From the NCBI RefSeq assembly GCF_963921235.1, contig NC_086108.1, forward strand, positions 40,798,001 to 40,862,000: 64,000 nt of DNA. Reading direction: 5' to 3'. Under the pieces are notes generated by a model. The model saw only the letters and a program-made list of their open reading frames with translations. It was not told the origin of the DNA and did no database searches. Of this stretch, positions 59,740 through 64,000 are shown in pieces. Numbering within the stretch: position 1 is the stretch's first letter; every line of letters begins with the position of its first letter. This DNA is from Mobula hypostoma. Lineage: Eukaryota. The position numbers were made by a program, and so were the translations under genes.

Positions 59740-62070
59740 GATGGGAAGGAATTTGTAAAATGTGGAGTGTTCTACTAAGGTTGGTTGAGGTGGGGAAGAT
59801 TGGATTCGAACTAATACGAGGACAGCTAAATGACTGAACTTTTAGCGGAGAGATCCTTTGGAAGCTGTGACAGTAGCGCAATAAGACTCATTGGTCATAG
59901 AGAAAGATAAAGGTTGTCCTTGAACTTGGGCTCTAAACTGGCAGAAGGCAGATGAAGGCATAAGAACGGACAGTGGAGAGGTAGTTTGGGAGCAGTTGCC
60001 ATGGTGGAAGTAGGATTTGCTAAGTGGGAGGCATTTAAAAGTGAGATAGCAAGAGTTCAGATTCAACATGTCCCTGTAAGGGTAAGAGGAAAAGACGGTA
60101 AGCTTAGCTTCCTGATTAAGGGAAAATGCTGCCTGTTTATTCTTTTCCATAGATGCTGCCTGGTCTGCAGAGTTCCTCCAGCATTTTGTGTGTAAAGCTT
60201 AGCAAACACTGGTTAATGAATGATATTGAAGGTTTGATCAGTGAAAACAGGAAGCATTTTCAGGTATAACAAATCATTATCAAACAAGTTACTTAAATTT
60301 TATCGAGGATATGGGAGAAAAATTAAGAAACAAATTGGAAGGGCAAAAAGTGGGTATGAAAAGGGGCAAGTAGGATTAAGGAGAACCCTAAAATCTTTTA
60401 TTAGCTCATCAGAAGTATGAGAGTATCTAAAGATGGAATAAATCCTCCAGGGACAAGAGAGCTAATTTTGCATGAAGTAGGGAAAATGAACAAGATGCTA
60501 AATGAATGTTTCTCATTGGGTTTTGCCAGGAACAAAAATGTGGAGGCTGGAGTATTAAGGGAAGGGTATACTTGTGTTCTGGGGTGTGTTCTTATCAGAG
60601 AGATGGAAGTGCTAGAAACATTGGAGCACAGTAGGTTGGATAAATCTCCAAGGGCAGACGGGATCTATCCCAGGATGCTAATGAAAGAAAGGGAAGAGAT
60701 TGCTAGGGCTCTGATGGAGATTTTTGTGTCATTTTATGCCACAGACCAGAAAATTGGAGGATAGTTAACGTTGCTCCTTTATTCAAATAAACCTGGAATT
60801 GAAGGCTGATGAGCATTATGTCCATGGCAAAGTTGTTAGAGAAGATTCTGAAGGGCAAGATTTATGTTCATTTGGGGAGGTGGGGTTGATTAGAAGAAGT
60901 CAGCAGAGTTTTGTGCAGAGAATCATGTCCACGAATCTAATCAGATATTTAGAGGAGGCAACCAAGGAAATTAATGAAAGCGCGGCGGTATATGGACTTT
61001 GATAAGACTTTTGATAAGGACCTGCTTGGTAGGCTAGTCCAGATGATTAAGGCACATGGGATCTAAGGGGTGTTGGTGAACTGAATTCAAAATTGGGTGG
61101 GTGATAGGAGGCAGAGGATAGAGATGGAAGGATGTTTTTCTGACTGGAAATCTTTAACAAGTAGTATACCACAGGATAAGTGCCAGATATTGATTATTTT
61201 AAAGATATATAAATAACAATGTGAATATAAGACATTTACTAGTGTGTTTGTGTACCACATGAAAACTGGTAGATAAGGAAGAAGATTAAAGATACAGCAG
61301 ACATAAATCAGCTTGAAAGTGGTGGAGGGATGACAGATAGGATTTACTCCAGACAAATTTAAGACAATGCACATTCGGAGGTTGAATTCTGTTACAATAA
61401 AGAGTAAATGGCCAGAATCTTTGGGGCATTGTTGTACAGAGGGGCTTTGCGTACAGGTCCATAGCTCACTGAAAGTGGTGATATTGGTGGTAGTGTAATA
61501 GAAGCAACATTCAGTACATTTGCCTTCTCTTTATAGGACAATGAACTGAGTGCAAAAGTTGGGATGTCATGTTGATGTTGTACAAAATCTTGGTTAGACC
61601 ACAGTTAGAGCATTATGTACAGTTCTGGTTGTCACAGAACATTGCACATGACTGTGATATATAAAAAAAAACCTGATTCTAATTCAGATTCTATAACAAA
61701 AGTGCAGAACAAATTCACCAGGATGTTGCCAGGAATGGAAGGCTATAGCTTGAAGGAGAGATTAGATAGTGTAAGTTTATTCTCACTGAAATGTAGGAGT
61801 TGAGAAGTGATCTTATGCACATTTACAATATTATAAAGGACGTAAAATATATGGGAATATCTGGACTGAGGAGGTAGTGGAGGTAAATATTACATCAATG
61901 TTTAAAAGGCATTTGGACAGATAACTTGGTAGGGAAGAAGTAGAGGGATATGGATCTAATGCAGAAAAGCAGAAAAGCAGGAGAGCATAGTTAGGCTTCA
62001 CAGTCGACATGGTTGAGGTGGGTCACAAAGTCACATTTCTGTGTTGTATGTTTCCATGATTCTGTGATTC
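59740..62070 (+). mobile_element. Old CR1 LINE (~2.3 kb), decayed, with an 86-bp Penelope fragment at 60109-60194
   Basis: LDKSPRADGIYPRML, SQQSFV..STNL, LVRPQLE, VQNKFTRMLPG; the insert is bounded by TSD AAGCTTAGC. Confidence 0.85.
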
Positions 62071-64000
62071 TACGTACAATATAAGAAACAACATGCCAAT
62101 TGCCAAAAACACCCAAAGATCAGCCAAGTAAAATAAGAGTGGGTTAAAAATATGACTTGAACTGCTGAATTTCTGTGGGATATGTAGAGGGTAACAGGTT
62201 GGGATGGGGGGTGACATGACATTTGAATGATGAGTGAGGCTAACCACATCATACACAAGCAAAGAAGCTGTGAGACTAAGATTTTTGCTTTTGGGAGGAT
62301 TACTTCGGTATGGTAATCTATTTATACAATAGCATTTCAGATTGCCTGCTTGAATAGTGCAAATGCAGCTTGTGTGGTTTAGGAGGAGGAGGGACTTGAC
62401 CTGTAATGGTATTTGAATTAAGTCGCCTAGGTCACCATGCATGTGGGAGGGAGATAAATAAAATAGTACAGAATAGCAACAAGGTCATGGCTGAACTCAA
62501 AGTGCAAGCTTCTGTACTCTCAGTCGAGAGTCATGGATAGACAGCAGCCTCATTCTCCAGACTATGCAATCATTGATCAAGGGAGTGTCAGTATGCAGGC
62601 ATATCACATTGTGTACTAATGATTATGTTAATTGAATTTTCAATGCTGATCCCACGTAATGCCTTGAATAATTGCTTTTTGAAGTATATGAATATGGCCA
62701 TCATTATTTACAAGCGATCCTCAGGAATGAGATAACAAATGAAGTGGAGACCAAGGGTATAATGTTAATCGAAATGCTCAGAGAACTCTCTACTCAACTT
62801 CAGTTCCAGCCACAAACTATTTAACTTCTTGGGAACCAAGGGATTAGGCAGATGGCACACTGAGTCAATTGCTTATCCGCAAGATGACCCACGTGACAAT
62901 ACAGAAGTCCATTTATGACTGGTTGCAGTGTCAGTCCAGGATTGCACTATCCAATAGATTCATCTGCAAAGGTGTGCAGCTGTACATCCTGGAGCGAAGA
63001 GAACATGTACATAAAATCAGGCATGATCCTTTTAATTTGTATGCACTTCAAGCTGTCAACGAGACTGGATTTTGTTCTAATTTAAGACTAATCTGCCAAG
63101 AGACAGCAGCACTAAAAAAGAACACTTTTTAAATCCCCAGGTCCACAAATCTCTGAATGGCAAGCACGGCAAACAAATGTGGGCAGAATTAGGATTGACG
63201 TTATTGAGCTTAGCTCACTGGATTGTCAGGTTTAAGGGCAGAATGTAGAACAGGTATGCACACCTGACCCAGTAAACCCTCTGTCCTCTGAGCTAGAAGA
63301 GGCAGTGTAGAAATAAACTAACAGAGGGTGAAAGCAAACGAGACAAATAAGGAGGGACCACAAAAAGGAATGTGAAAAAGCAGAGAAAGGCGTTTGTGAG
63401 AAAGAAAGAACATGGATGAGTGGAGCAGAGGCTCCTTAGGGAGCAAGGATGGACAAAAATAAAACATTGCATGTTGCCATCTGTTAAGTATGATTCTCTC
63501 TGGCTTGTTAATAATTGTCCGTAATTCCGCCTGATGCAAAGGAGCCCATATGGAATTGCAGTGTATTATAAGCACACTAAAATGAACCTTGGATACTGTG
63601 GAAGAGTTAATAATATCTACTTACTCTAAGAACTGCATATCAGAGGAACTTTGAACAAGGGTATTTGTTCTAACACTAAGAATGAAGGGTGTGACGATGC
63701 CACTGTGTCTTCCAAACTTTTGAATTATTTGTATAATTATATGCAAATAAACACACTGCTTGTTCCCTTTTAAAAAAGTATGTGAATATACCTTTCAGAG
63801 TTATCCACTGTTTTACAGCACAGTTTTACAGATTCAGTCTGGTTACTAACACTTAGTCCATTCGACCAGCTCAAATGTGTACTTGTCTGATGTGCAACTC
63901 ACAACTTTTCAAGCTAATTCATTACCACTCAGCGACTCTTGAATAATAGTTGACTCTGCCTCTGTCAGGAGTAGATCCATCATCACACATTAATTCACTG

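Overview
Eukaryotic (vertebrate) non-coding DNA with no recognisable host protein-coding gene. The repeat inventory (CR1/HER1-type LINEs with octamer tails, HE1-like SINEs, abundant Penelope-like elements) suggests a cartilaginous fish, probably a ray; this is an inference. More than half the window is transposon-derived and often nested. Main elements: a near full-length Gypsy LTR retrotransposon (18017-22392, TGAGG TSD); a non-autonomous two-LTR element (54052-56395, GTTAG TSD); Penelope-like elements carrying minimal hammerhead ribozymes; CR1, L2, Rex1-like and Tx1-like LINEs; tRNA SINEs; and Tc1 and Chapaev3-like DNA transposons. Top observations: (1) the 54-56 kb element has an exact 11-nt Tf1/sushi-type self-priming duplex; (2) the 18-22 kb Gypsy has no tRNA PBS and instead carries a 14/15-nt complement of its own LTR poly(A)-signal region; (3) about ten hammerhead copies show stem II covariation, and the youngest carriers share a TGTACA-containing target. 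Several 1-2.5 kb TE-free blocks may be constrained regulatory DNA, and one holds a candidate first exon. Family names come from motif recognition by eye, not database searches, and boundaries of old fragments are approximate.
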